Assembly: GCA_965112155.1 (NCBI GenBank)
Contig: OZ218099.1
DNA: 64,000 bases
Strand: one strand, 5' to 3'
From: Podarcis liolepis
Taxonomy: Eukaryota
Shown here: piece by piece, positions 49,982 through 62,992 of the stretch
Numbering within the stretch: the first letter of the stretch is position 1
How the letters are laid out: each line of letters starts with the position of its first letter
Position numbers and translations under genes: made by a program
The notes under the pieces: model-generated
The model's input: the letters and a program-made list of their open reading frames with translations, nothing else
Told to the model about the DNA's origin: nothing
Database searches by the model: none

Positions 49982-52900
49982 TTTTCTTTTTTTTGCAAAT
50001 TAAATTTTTATTGATTTTCAGTACACGTACATACATTCATAAATTACACATATATAGGTTACATATTTAACTTAGGCTCTATCATGCCTCTGACTTCCCT
50101 CCATTTCTTTGGTAAGTATCAAATAAAGTTCTAATATCACGTACTCTATATATCTTATTATCAACTGCACGCTGTAAGAGTTATTCCAACCCTACCAGTG
50201 TCTTCAAAGATTTACAATTGTTTCTTATATACATCAAATATTTACTCCAATTTTCTTGAAACTTCTGCTCGTCCTGATCTCTTAATTTTCCTGATAGTCT
50301 GGCCAGTTCTGCGTAGTCCATCATTTTAACCTGCCAGTCCATTATATTCAGTATTATGTCTGTTTTCCAATTCTGAGCTAACATATTTCTGGCTGCTGTC
50401 GTGGCATATAAAAATAGGTTTTTATCTTTTTTTCCAATTTCCTTTCCAATCAATCCCAGTAGAAAAGCTTCAGGTCTTTTTGGGAAAGTATATTTAAAGA
50501 TTTTTTAAAGTTTGTTATAGATTAGTGTCAGGGAACTGACATCAGAGCAGAGGGGAGAGGCGAGGCTCCCAGATTCTGCAGGAGAGGGAACGAGTAAGGG
50601 AAGAGAGAGAACGTCATCTGGGGAAGGAAGTCCAGGTGACACCAGGAAGAAGGGAGAGGCAGAGAGCATCTCGGAGGTGAGGCTCCGAGACTCTTCCAGT
50701 GAAGTCAGTGAGGAGGGTGGAGGACCACCACTCGGCACGCCCACTCTGCGCAGAAGGCTTCCGCGCAGAGAGGTGAGGCGAAGGTTGTCCGTTAAGGAAT
50801 TCTTATGCTGGAGGAAATTTAGGAGACGCCCACTCACGGATTCTGCTAGCGACTGAGCAGCAGCGCCAAGGGCTGCTCAGTCAGGGAAAGACACAACCCC
50901 CCACTAAGCAGTTTGGAACAGCTGAAGGTTTACACACAAGCAACCCCAATTCCCTTGACAATTAGTTCCCAAAAGCCCTTCACTTTACTACAGGTCCACC
51001 ACATATGGTAGAGGTCACCCTCTACCTCTCCACAGTTCCAACATTTTTTTATTTTTTGTTCTATACATCCTTGCTAGCTTTATCGGCGTTAGATGCCATC
51101 TGTAGATCATTCTCCTTTAAAGCAGTACAAGCCGTAAATTTCATGTTTATATTCCATAGTTCTTGCCACGCATCAAAATGGATATTATGGCCGAAATCAA
51201 TAGCCCATTTAACCATAGCTTCCTTTATCTCTTCGTCTTTTGTATACCAATCCAATAATAAAGCGTATATTTTTGATAATAATTTATTTTTACCTTCTAG
51301 AATATCAATATTGAATTTAGATTTCTTATCCTCGAATCCCTTTTTCCTTTTATCTTCTTTTAGTAGATCATTAACTTGGTGATACTGTAACCACCCTGTA
51401 AATAAATTCTCTACCTCCTCATACGGTTTCAGTTTTATATCGTGATCTGTCTTTTTGATTAGTTCTTCATAAGTAACTTTTTTCCCTTCCATATTGACTT
51501 TTTTGATAGTTAAAACTTCTATTGGTGAAATCCACCAAGGGGTTTTCCTTTCCAATAGGTCTTTATTTCTTTCCCAAACATGAAATATTGATCCTCTGAT
51601 TATATGGTTTAGAAAACCCTTGTGAACTTTCACCTTCTCATACCATAGGTACGAGTGCCACCCGTACCTATTATCAAAACCTTCTAAGTCTAAGAGATTG
51701 GTGTTTTCTAATTTTATCCAGTCTTTCACCCATGTTAAACATGCCGCTTCGTAGTATAGACTCAGTTCTGGCAGGAAAAAGCCTCCTCTTTCTTTTTTAT
51801 CCACCAAGATTTTCATTTTTATTCTCGGTTTTTTCCCCTGCCAGACGAATCTTACTAATGTTTTTTGCCATTCTTTAAGTTGTTTTAGCCCTTTAATTAC
51901 TGGAATATTTTGGAATAGAAATAACATTCTGGGCAAAACATTCATTTTAATCATAGATATTCTCCCCAAGAATGACAACTTTAATCTATCCCATATTTCT
52001 AGGTCCTTTTTAATACCCCTCCATGTTGCCTCATAATTGTCTTTGTATAAGTTTATATTTTTTGTTGTAATCCATACTCCTAAGTATATAACTTTCTTAA
52101 CTGCTGTAATTCCAGATCTTTGTTGTAGTTCCTCTACCTCTTCCTTGGTCATGTTCTTTGTCAGCATTTTGGTCTTATTCTTGTTAAGTTTGAGTCCCGC
52201 CACCTTGCTGAATTCTTCTAGTCTCTGTAAGGCTTCTTGTAAACTCTTCTTTGGCTCTTCTAATGTTAACACTAGATCATCCGCGAATGCTTTAATTTTG
52301 TACTCTTTACTTCCTACCTTGATCCCTTTAACTTCTGATGCTTCTCTTAGCCTCTTGTTAAAAACCTCTAATACTGTTATGAATAACAGGGGAGTCAGGG
52401 GGCAACCCTGTCTAGTCCCTTTAGCGATATCAAAAGGTTCCGATATATTGCTATTTATTATGAGTTTGGCTTTTTGATCTTGATATATGGCTTCAATTCC
52501 TTTTCCAAACCCTTCTCCAACTCCCATTGCTTTTAGATTTTCTTTCATAAATCTCCAGGAGATGTTATCGAATGCTTTTTCGGCATCAATAAATATCAAT
52601 GCCGCTTGCTTGTCTATCCTGTTCTCTAAATATTCAATAATGTCTATGACATTTCTTACATTATCTTTCAGTTGTCTTCCCGGAAGAAAGCCTGCTTGAT
52701 CTTTGTGAATTTTCCCATTTAAAAGTCTTTTTAATCTTTCCGCCAATACATCAGCAAATATTTTGTAGTCGTTATTTAACAAGGAGATGGGTCTGTAGTT
52801 TTTAACTTCTAAGCCATCTGCATCTTTTTTTGGGATCAAGGTAATGTAAGCTTCCTTCCACGTGGCTGGGATTTTTCCTTCTTTTAAGATGTTATTCATG

Positions 52901-53205
52901 ACCTCGCATAACACTGGAACTATTTGGTCACATAATGTTTTATAATATTTAGATGAAATGCCACCTGGCCCCGGAGCCTTTCCCATTTTCATTTTTTTAA
53001 ATTGTTTTCCGAATTTCTTGTTCTGTAATTGTCTGTTTTAATTGTTCTCTTTCATCTTCCGTAATCTGTTGCAATTGGTATTTTTCCAAATATTGTTCTA
53101 TTCTATTATCTGTCTCTTTCTCTTTTCTATATAATTCTTTATAATATTTCTGAAAAATCTTTCTTATCTCTTTGGGGTCTTCCACTATCTTTTCTCCATC
53201 CCTTA
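49982..53205 (-). mobile_element. 5'-truncated L1-clade LINE (ORF2 RT and C-terminal region), frameshifted and interrupted by a solo LTR
   Basis: ORF 51061-52992 has RT motifs NYRPISLLN, DAEKAFD, GTRQGCPLTPLLF and FADD; further pieces at 52997-53205 and 50181-50453; A-rich tail with AATAAA (50007-50012); 18-bp TSD TGGTCTTCACTTGTTTTC (49964-49981, 53206-53223). Confidence 0.95.
50526..50960 (+). mobile_element. Solo LTR copy A (435 bp), nested in the L1
   Basis: TGTCAGGGAA...TTCCCTTGACA inverted termini; 5-bp TSD ATTAG (50521-50525, 50961-50965). Confidence 0.9.
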
Positions 53206-53607
53206 TGGTCTTCACTTGTTTTCAGGCACAATTCAGTGTGCTGTCTTGTCTTTGTCCTACAAAGCTCTAAATGACTTTAGGTCAGTAGATCTAATAGACC
53301 GCCGTTTCTCATATGAACCTTACTGTTCTTTAACTTCCTCTGAGACCCCAGTTTTGGGAGCCTCACCTTTTAGAAACTAGGTTGGTAGTTACCAGAAATG
53401 TCTTTGTTTTATTGGTGGGCCCTTCTTTATGGAATATCTTCCCCAGATATATTAAAGTGTCTCTAATTTTAGCATCTTAATGTTTTAAGCATGCAGGATC
53501 CTCAAAGTGAACTGGGGGGGCAAAGAAGTGTTATGAAGTAGGATGATAAACCACTTCTTTCAGGAACAGTAAGATAAATACATAGATATAGATATATAAC
53601 CTCTGGG

Positions 53608-53783
53608 CAGTGCTTTTTTCTGGGGGGATGCAGGGGAATGCATACCCCTAAATATTTTGTGAAAATTTGTTCTTTTGTCCATTAACTGTATTTATTTTTC
53701 CTGATTTGAACTATAAAATGGTGATTTTCTTGAGTCAAAATGAGAGTACCCCTAAACATTTTTTTAAAAGAAAAAAAGCACTG
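53608..53783. mobile_element. hAT-type MITE
   Basis: TIR cagtgctttttt / aaaaaagcactg; 8-bp TSD cctctggg / cctcttgg. Confidence 0.8.
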
Positions 53784-53861
53784 CCTCTTGGGGTTCATTC
53801 ACTGTTGCCAGAGGGAACCTGGCATGTCACTGGCGAGGGTGACTGCTCTGCTGCAGTGTTA

Positions 53862-54101
<240 letters not shown>

Positions 54102-54638
54102 TTAGAAAAATGTTGTCTTCTTTTTTTTGTCTAAACACCTGGGCTGCATAGACACCACACATTTAAAGTTCATGGCTCCCCCTAAAGAACCATAGGAACC
54201 GTAGTTTACCTGGCACAGAGCTACAGTTCCCAGGATTATTTGGCGGAAGTCATGTGCTTTAAATGAATGGTGTGCATCTAACTCAGCTGTTCTGTTGTTT
54301 CTTATTAAGTACTGCATTTTTCCTAAAACCAGCTTCATTCAGAATTGAGAAACAAAAACTACTTAGCTGCTAACGTGTACAAAGCAACTGTGACAGCATG
54401 AAGGATTACACAAAGGCCACATGAGCCTTCAGCCCAGTGGAGGGGTTTGTCAACCCAATAGCCCAAAGAAATCCAAGTGTTTTTGCAGCCTGACTGAAGA
54501 CTATGAGCTGGTATTTATGTAGACTGCTAGAGAGGCTGGGGAAGGCTTCACAGCTGCAACTGATGTAGACCAGAAGGCCTGAAGACAGGAGAGACATTTC
54601 AGAGACAAAGATACAGGCAAACGCCCCAACATTCTTAC

Positions 54639-54737
54639 CTGCTGGTTTCAGGTGCCTCTCACCAAAGTTGAGCTCAACTGCTGTGCTGACAAGGATCCCA
54701 ACTGTGTTGTTTTCCAGTTCCAGCCCTCGGTAGTTGA
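54639..54737 (-). CDS. CACNA2D2: CACNA2D2 exon (99 nt)
   Basis: (F)NYRGLELENNTVGILVSTAVELNFGERHLKPA. Confidence 0.95.
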
Positions 54738-55385
54738 CTATAGGGGGAAGAAGAAGAAAAAGGACCTGCCAGTCTGTGGATGGCACAGGCAGCATAACTG
54801 CTGCAAAGCACTCTGGCTTGGGTGGCAATGCTTTATGGTTCCATGCAGGGCTGACTTCCTGCCAGTGCCCTCTCCCTGCTTCCTTGTAGTGACAAAATGA
54901 AAGGCTGTCCCTTGCTTTTTTATTTTATTAACATTCTAATTACGAGAACACTTTTCTGCTTAAGCAATTACCCACTGCATATAATATGAAATGGTAGCCA
55001 CAGCACATGCAGCAAGCAGTGAACCGCTTTATTACATTATCCCTTGTCCTCAGTGGAGTTTGTGAATGCAAAGTGGCAGGTCCCTTATGGTGCAAGAAAC
55101 CTCAGCTCAGAAGCTATAAATTACGGACTTGGAGGCATGATGGGGTTCTTTGCCTATCACTTATTACAGAGCTTCAGGAACTGTGGCTTGATCAAGACTA
55201 TGTAAATACTACATATTACTATCACTGTCCTTGTAGTAAGCCTTTAAGCAGAATTTATTGCCTCACACCCTGCAGCCAGATGTCTGGTGCCAATTCCTGT
55301 AGTTCCATGCTTATAAAGGCTATCAAAGCTGAGGGCAGGGCAAACCAGTTCCACCCACTTGGAGCACTGTGTAGGGCATACTTAC

Positions 55386-55489
55386 AATCCCTGTAAGGGG
55401 TCTTAAAGATGTGGCCTTTGTTATCCAGGCTTCTCCGATAGAAACTGGCGTTGAAGGGCTCCCGGTCTTCTTCCCAGTCTTCAGCAGCT
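55386..55489 (-). CDS. CACNA2D2: CACNA2D2 exon (104 nt)
   Basis: (K)[34 protein letters not shown]. Confidence 0.95.
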
Positions 55490-57246
55490 CTTTAATAAAA
55501 TCAACCAGCCCCACAGAATGTCACAAGCTTTTGGCAGAGATTTCATTTTCCATATAGCCGCAAATAAAATATTGGCCTTTTTTAAAAACCCATCAATAAT
55601 ATGTACTATGAACATTTATACTTTCACAACCGGTCTTAGAGACAGGGAGGTGATAGCTGAGAAAGTCCAAATGTTCATTATACATACATATACACAGAAT
55701 TGTAGAGATGGATCATCATATGTAAACAAATAATATATTTCACCTCTGAAATATAGGATGGTATTGAGCCATAAATGTTCTTTTATTAAGACTACCAGCT
55801 ATTTACTGTGGCTGTGGTGCAGTTTTCATTTTGCACAGACAAGTGCTTGGCAAACCTACCCTTTTTGCAGCCCCAGGCAAACAGAGGATCAGGAAGTCTA
55901 CCAGGCCCCTTTCAAGCTGCATTTGGTTTAGTGAATCACAAGTTACGCAGGCACAATTCATTGTCTACTGTCAGCCTTTAAAGATAATTACACGCTTTCA
56001 GAAACCTCTAAAACCACAAGGGTCACAGAATCACAGCGATGATTAAAACTTAATAGTTGTCCGCCTATATTCCTTTGAGCATCAAGGGCACCTGAACCCA
56101 GTAAATTACTACTAATAATTTCCCCCTGAAGGAGGTAGTTGGGAATACAAATCTATTTTGTCGTCAGGAAAAGTGTTGTGAGGGTCTTATTAACCAGAAG
56201 TGTCCTTCAGTGACACAGGCTGCAAAGTTGTTAGTGGGTACACTTTGACATTACCTTTTGCTCCTTGTGCTAAAAAGAAGGTCATTCAACACCTTAAAAG
56301 AACATATCAAGGAATGGATTTGCTGGATGCCCAAAGTAATGTGGTACCATTAGTATTCTGTCTACCTCAACAGTAATTTTTGGAAACCTAACAATGCCAA
56401 CAGTTATGGCTTTTCCCATCTGCCTTGTCCCACCCTCCAGCCCAAGGAGCCTTCATAAGGGAGCTGTTTCCAGAGGAAGAACTATGAGGGGAGAGAGACT
56501 CTGTTCGCGGGGGGGGGGGGGGCTGGTTTCACCTGTGTGGCTCCACCTTCAGCCCAAGGAACCTTCAGAAGGGAGTTGCTGCCATGGGCATTATGCGTTT
56601 GTGTATTTTAATAAGATGAACAGAGGGTGTGGAGTGTCTGCGTGCATGAACTTCACAGCGCTTAGTTCATCTTTTGGTTGCTATTTTGTTAATGTTGTTA
56701 ATAGTGTTTTATGGATTATAAGTGCTGCATTGATTTGTTAATCCTATGACTTTTGCTTTCATTGTGATGTTTAGCTTATTTTTTAGTTTCTTGATTTGTT
56801 AACAGTGTTTTATAGATTATAACTGTTTCACTGTAAATTTGTTAATTATTCGGTATGATTTATGCTGTATTTGTGATGTTTTGTTATTGTTTGAAGGCTG
56901 CCTTGGGATTCAGTTGAATTAAAAATGACATAGAAATACTGTATAATCAATCATATCAAAATCAAATCAATTCGGATATTAGAAATGTTTAAGAGGACAA
57001 GTGCAATAAAATGTACATAAAATATTTCTAAAATATTTTTTTCAGTGTAGCTTGACAGAGATAAAAATGCATAAAACATGTTTCATATAGATATGACAAC
57101 ACATGAACACTTGCACCCTTAAGGAAGTAATTAAATTGTTGCATTAGTTTCACTGGGACTTGGGCTGCAATGTAACTGTAGTTACCTGGGAGTAAGCTTC
57201 ACTTCAGTCAACAGGACTTACTTCTGAGTAGATGTGGTTAGGAGTG

Positions 57247-57678
57247 TCTCAGGGAACTGACATCGGAGCTAGAGGCGGAGGGAAGGCTCTCAAATGATGC
57301 TGGAGAAGGGCCCAGCAGGGAGAGAAGCAGCTCAGCAGATGGGGAAGCAAATCAGCGCAACACCAGGGATAAGGGGGGGCAGATGGGGGAATCGGCGAGA
57401 GGGCTCCAGGACTCTTCACCAGACACCAGCGGGGAGAGCACGGGTCCTCCGCTACCCACGCCCTCCCTGCGCAGAAGACTTCCGCGCAGGGAGAGTAGGA
57501 GGAGACTTGGCGTCAAACAACTTTTATGTTGGAAAAGGTTTAAGAAACGCCCACTGACGGATTCTGCTAGCGACTGAGGCAGCCACGAAGTGAAGGGCTG
57601 TCCAGACAGAAAGGTTTAACCAGGCAACATAGCCAGGAGAGGCGGCAACTTACGCACAAGCAACCCATACTCATTACA
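57247..57678 (+). mobile_element. Solo LTR copy B (432 bp), same family as 50526-50960
   Basis: Colinear with copy A from T(C/G)TCAGGGAACTGACATC to cacaagcaaccc...ACA; 5-bp TSD GAGTG (57242-57246, 57679-57683). Confidence 0.88.
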
Positions 57679-57786
57679 GAGTGTATCCTTAATCATTACT
57701 AACTCTAGATTATGGTAGATTGGGGCCACTAAATGCTAAACACATTCTCTTCAGCTACAGATGATGCGACAAACACTTGTCACTTA

Positions 57787-57882
<96 letters not shown>

Positions 57883-58797
57883 TCAAGCAATATGCCAAAG
57901 TTCGGCTTCTCACCAATTTGTCTTTGCACTGCACCTTTAGCCTATCTGTTGATTATTATAACTGTGGTAGGTATGGTTTGTGTTTTCCTCCCTTTGTTTT
58001 CATTTTGTATTATCTTCAGTGCATTTTTACAAGAAAATATGGTGCCGGTACTCACCATGAAGTTGTTATATTCGGGGGAAAAAAGTGTCCATACCATTGA
58101 GTACCCCCAGAAAAAAGCACCAATCATATTGTATGTTTATGTTGTGAACCTCCCTGAGATCTCCAGTGAAGGGCGGTATAGAAAATTAATAAATAATAAA
58201 AGGGTATGTGTGCATTTAGGTTAGTATTGCCCCCTGGGAATGGGAGTGGACAAACTTTTGAAAATGAAAAACTTTTACCTGATTTTATACTGAACTGAAA
58301 GAACCTCTAAATGGGCAAGTTACCATGTAGTTTTAAGTTGTGACTTGCAGTTTAGCTTAGATAAAATTTTAACTTGTCTTCAACTTTAACTGGTTTTAAA
58401 TTTACCCTCTAGCTTTGATAAACTAAACTAGTTTTCACTGGTTTTATACTGAATGGAAAGCTGAATCTTTCAGCTGAGGCTTTTTCCACTTAAAACCTCG
58501 CCTAGCCCTCTTAACGCAGGAAGACTTAAGTCCACTTTAAGCTTGTTCTTAAAGCTAATCCTATTTTCAAAAATCTAAGATTACTAGGTCTGTATCGTGT
58601 AGAGTTATATATTAGTTGGGTTTCCTTTTATCCCTTCTCCAGAACTGACCAATTGTATAGGCCTGCTAGCTTCTCAGAAGAGAGTTTCAGGGTGAACACT
58701 GCCATATATCTACTTTCTTCCCAGCTGGAAAATACTCTTGTTGGGGCACCAAAATGCTCCCAGTGTCTGAAAGAGGAATGAAATTAAATTGTATTTA

Positions 58798-58932
<135 letters not shown>

Positions 58933-60850
58933 TTATTGGATATCCCCTGAGGAGGGCTCCACTCCATTTTAAAGTACGATGGTGAAGAATCCTCTTTGCC
59001 TTCTACTCTTGCTTGCCTTTTCCCTCTCTCCTTGCATAGCCACCTTTTCACTTGTTTCAGCAGCAACTTAAACTGCATCAGAAAACAAGGATACTCCAAG
59101 GTGTGCAGTGGACCCTTTCAATGCTCCCTGGTTAGAATGCCCTGCAGAGGTTGCTGTGTGATCCTTATAACTTGATTAGTTGGCTATGTATATTAAGTTA
59201 TATATGTTCACAAAAGTAATAAACCTTAGAGTACATGACCAGCTCTACTAGTGCATCCCAGTACTTTCTAGTGTTATGCTAGTTTTGCAGTGTTGTCAAT
59301 GACTCTCCTCCCAATCCTGGAAGTCCTACCGACTCTGCTGGTAACCTTTTCCAGCTCTGCTTACTCTCTTACCTAAGTTGTCCTGGTGGGACAGGCAGCC
59401 CCTGGCATAATTCTCCACATTACTGCTGCCACCACATGGTAGGTCTATGTTCCCATTTACTTGACTTAATAGAGGTGGGCACCAGTCTAGGTAATGTATG
59501 ATGGAGAACCTGCGGGTCCTTCAAATTACAGCTCCCATAATCCTTGAGCATTGCTGAGGCTGATGGGAGTTGAAGTCCAACAAACATCTGCGGAGCAACA
59601 GTTTTCCCATCCTCCACTCCATCCTAGAGCATCTCTTAGCGCTGCTATTATGCAGGGCACATTTCCTTCCCAGTTGTTTGCTCTGTGCATTGCCCTATGG
59701 GAAAAGACTCTGAGCCTTTCCTGGCCCTCTTTTGTTTCATGCGATTGCCACAGATGTCTGCCACCTAAGCCACATAGTTCTCTGCCATGTGGGCATGGAC
59801 TTTGAGACTGCTTCTATTTCTCAGTCATGCTGAGTACAGCAAAGAAACAAAAGCTTAAATGTGGCATTTCAATTATAGGCAGGATTGGAAGGGGACTTCT
59901 AGAGGTTGTTGTCACCAAACTAAGGATACTTTAGGTGAAAGACTTAAAAATAAATAAATTCATACACAGAGGGGAGTGATAGTCCATAGGCTTCTTACCT
60001 TATTTTCAGTGCTGAATTGCGTTATCGCTAGAAAATTTAACTGATGTTTAATAGCAGGCTGTTTTCTTGCAATGCAATCTTACTGTTTTTATGCTATCCC
60101 TGGAAATGGATTTGTCTGCCTTGGTTGGGGATTTGTCTCAGGAACATGAGGTACTTTTGTGAAATGCGTGCTACTAACATTAGAATCAGAGAGCACCAGC
60201 CTTATATGGAATATGACCTGGTTCAAACCAGATCACAACAAGAGTACCTGCTGATGGTCACATTTATGCTTGACAAACTGCATTACTCAGTGACTGTGCT
60301 TGCAATCTGAGACACCCTTTCCTGGGAATAAGCCCCATAGAATTCAATGGAATTTGCTTCCAAGTGGATATGCCCAGTATTTCATTGTGAACTTACGGGT
60401 TTCATTCATCATTTGCATCCTCCTTTCATGACACCAGAGAACTGATACTACAACCTTCGCCAGAGAATAGTAACCCACCCCAGTTCTTTCTTCATAGGGT
60501 GCACTCTATCTAAATCAGGTGTGGGAAAACTTTGCCCCTCCAGGTGCTGCTGAATTACTGCTCCCATGTTCCCTGGACATTGGCCATTCTTGCTAGGGCT
60601 GATGGGAGTTGTGGTTCAGCAACATCTGGAGAGCCAAATGTCCCCCCACTCTTGATCCAAATAATTTTTATTTTTATGGCAAACATAAACTTTGCTCCAT
60701 TTTTAAAAAGCAACAACATTTAAATGTATATCTTTTAAAGCAGAAGCACACCTTTGCTTCTGGGTTTTTCCTTGGTTCTCTCACCCAAACAGTGCTGAGT
60801 GTTTCTTGAGAGAAGGCTGAGTCTCCACTGCATGCCCTGGGGGTACTTAC

Positions 60851-60948
60851 ATTGCTTGGAGTCAGGCGTCACCTTTTCCATGAGGGCGATAAAGTTTTCC
60901 AGGAATTCAGTGTTGTTATCCGACTGGCTGAGGTCTTTGCAATATTCT
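60851..60948 (-). CDS. CACNA2D2: CACNA2D2 exon (98 nt); most 5' exon found in the window
   Basis: (R)[32 protein letters not shown]; the 15 exons sum to 1384 nt (1 + 461 codons) with consistent phases. Confidence 0.96.
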
Positions 60949-62633
60949 CTGGGATTACGATGAAAAGATTTGTCGTTTGGAAGGATGAAAAAGTTACTGT
61001 CAGTTTTCTTCCTCTCAGAACTGCTATAATCATGACTTTGTGTGCAACGTAGGTGAGGCTGTTACCCAGTCATGTTGCTGTTGTGCCTAAGAGAACACTT
61101 TCAATACTGTCTGCATACATGTTTGAGATAGGAGTGGTGGGGGATTCCTGTAAAGATATTTGTCCTGTCCATGAGCAAGGCTGTGTGAGACATCAGTACT
61201 TGTGTGCACTTGAAATCTATTTGTACAAATGCATTTAAACGTGGGGATGTGAGGAGGAGGAAGTAAGTGTGGAAAAGGATATGTGTAAAAACCCAAAATA
61301 TCTTAAAAACAGATCTTCATATTGAAGATACTCATACGCTGTTCTGTATGACTTGGGCTCAGTTTGGAACACAAGTGGATACAGATTGTAATCATTATTT
61401 ATCTCCTGCCTTTCCCCCCAAGTGGCTTACAGATAAATTAGATGGCACTGTGCTCAATAAAAGTGGCATTTGGGTTTCCCACACTGCTATTATAGTGCCT
61501 CTCAAGAATATTAGAAGACTATTAAATAATGTGGGGCTGATCTATGAAGGAATAGTAGGCAGTCTGGGGAATTTAATGACCATATAAAAATCTGTGGCAT
61601 TCACAGATTGACTGATGCCACCCATCACCATCTGAAACAAGAACTCTATGAATACTGTGACTGCTTCTCTTCTGGATTTGTGTAGCAATTGCGCTGCTAT
61701 TCTAAGAATTCAGTTGTTTAATTAAATTCCTTTAATTCCCCAACCCGGTGCCCTCCATGCTGGCTGGGGCTGTTGGGAGTTGTAGTCTAAAACCTTTGGA
61801 GGGTATCAGGTTGGAGAAGGTTGCTGTAGGGAAGGTAGCTTAATTAACCATGATACTCGCTTGAACTCCTTTAGGTTTAGAAAGACTGTGGCAAAAGAAG
61901 GCCTTATTTCTTTCAAGCTCATCTATTATTGTGAAGTTCCAGAACTGTCCTTTATTCTGATTTTCAATATGGCCTCTACAGAAGCTTTACAGCTCTCGTA
62001 AGAAAAAAAAAGCTTCTGTTTATAAACAGGTACTGTTCGACAAAAATGGAAACTTTGGTAATCAGGATGGTTATAGTTCTATATACAGCTTTGGAAAACG
62101 GGTATGGGGGACTGCAGTTTCACCTGTGCAGTTCTAGCAATAGGTTTTCTTCTTATCCATCATTTTATCTACATTTGGTCACAGCTTCATTTAACTCTGG
62201 TTTCTTTGCTCTCTTTTTAAACACAGCTAAATAAATATGACTCCTTCATGTATGTAATGAGATCCCACAGTGGGAAACTTAGGATTCAGAGGTGATACAA
62301 CTAATGCCTCTATTAATCCTAGTGGCATTTCCAATAGTAGCAGCTCTCTCTAGAGCAGTGGTGGGCAACCTTTTTAAGGTCAAGGGCTACATAAGAGTCT
62401 AGATGGAAGATGAAGCCCTCTAGCTGTAAAGCACATAGCTCCCCATGAAGCCACAATACTGGATAATGATGTCTGCTTGTATTCATACCACACTGGCTTC
62501 CATTACAAGCTAATGCAATTTAGGTTTCTGGGATACAGGCATTATGAATGATACAACACTGTAGTCAAAGAAGCATGACTTTTTTATGTCTTGAGAATAA
62601 TATTCCTGCCTCCTAAATGAAACTAACTCTGAC

Positions 62634-62992
62634 TAGAGATGGGCGAATGTGTCAATTTCAGTTTCTCATTTTTCAAATCTTGAGTTCGGGTCTCCACATT
62701 TCCACATCTGTTTGAGATCCCGCCCCCCAAGTGCCAATGAAAATTTATCAGCATTTTAGTGCAAATTTCTAATACATATATATTTTTGTTTGCAATTTTG
62801 TCTACATTTTTGCAAAGCAGTTTCCCAAAATAGAATGCATTTTGTGATATTTTCACTAATCTATGTATTTATGGACCCACTTTTTCTCTAATACGTACCT
62901 TTTTGCACACATAACTTGGCTGGAGAACTGCACTGCAAAATTAGGTAGGTTTGCCTTTAAATGTGAACTGAATTGAATATCTCCCATCCCTA
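62634..62992. mobile_element. Old hAT-like non-autonomous element
   Basis: Termini tagagatggg...cccatcccta; TSD not recognisable. Confidence 0.5.

Noticed and set aside
50505-50837. 110-aa minus-strand ORF in LTR A
   Set aside because: It is the mirror of the conserved + frame; the track lists no equivalent in LTR B, and the + frame already explains the substitution pattern.
52037-52699. + strand ORFs of 146 and 70 aa
   Set aside because: Antisense shadows of the L1 ORF2.
57683-57690. + strand GTATCCTT resembling a U12 donor (also near 15109)
   Set aside because: No associated exon or matching branch site; likely chance.
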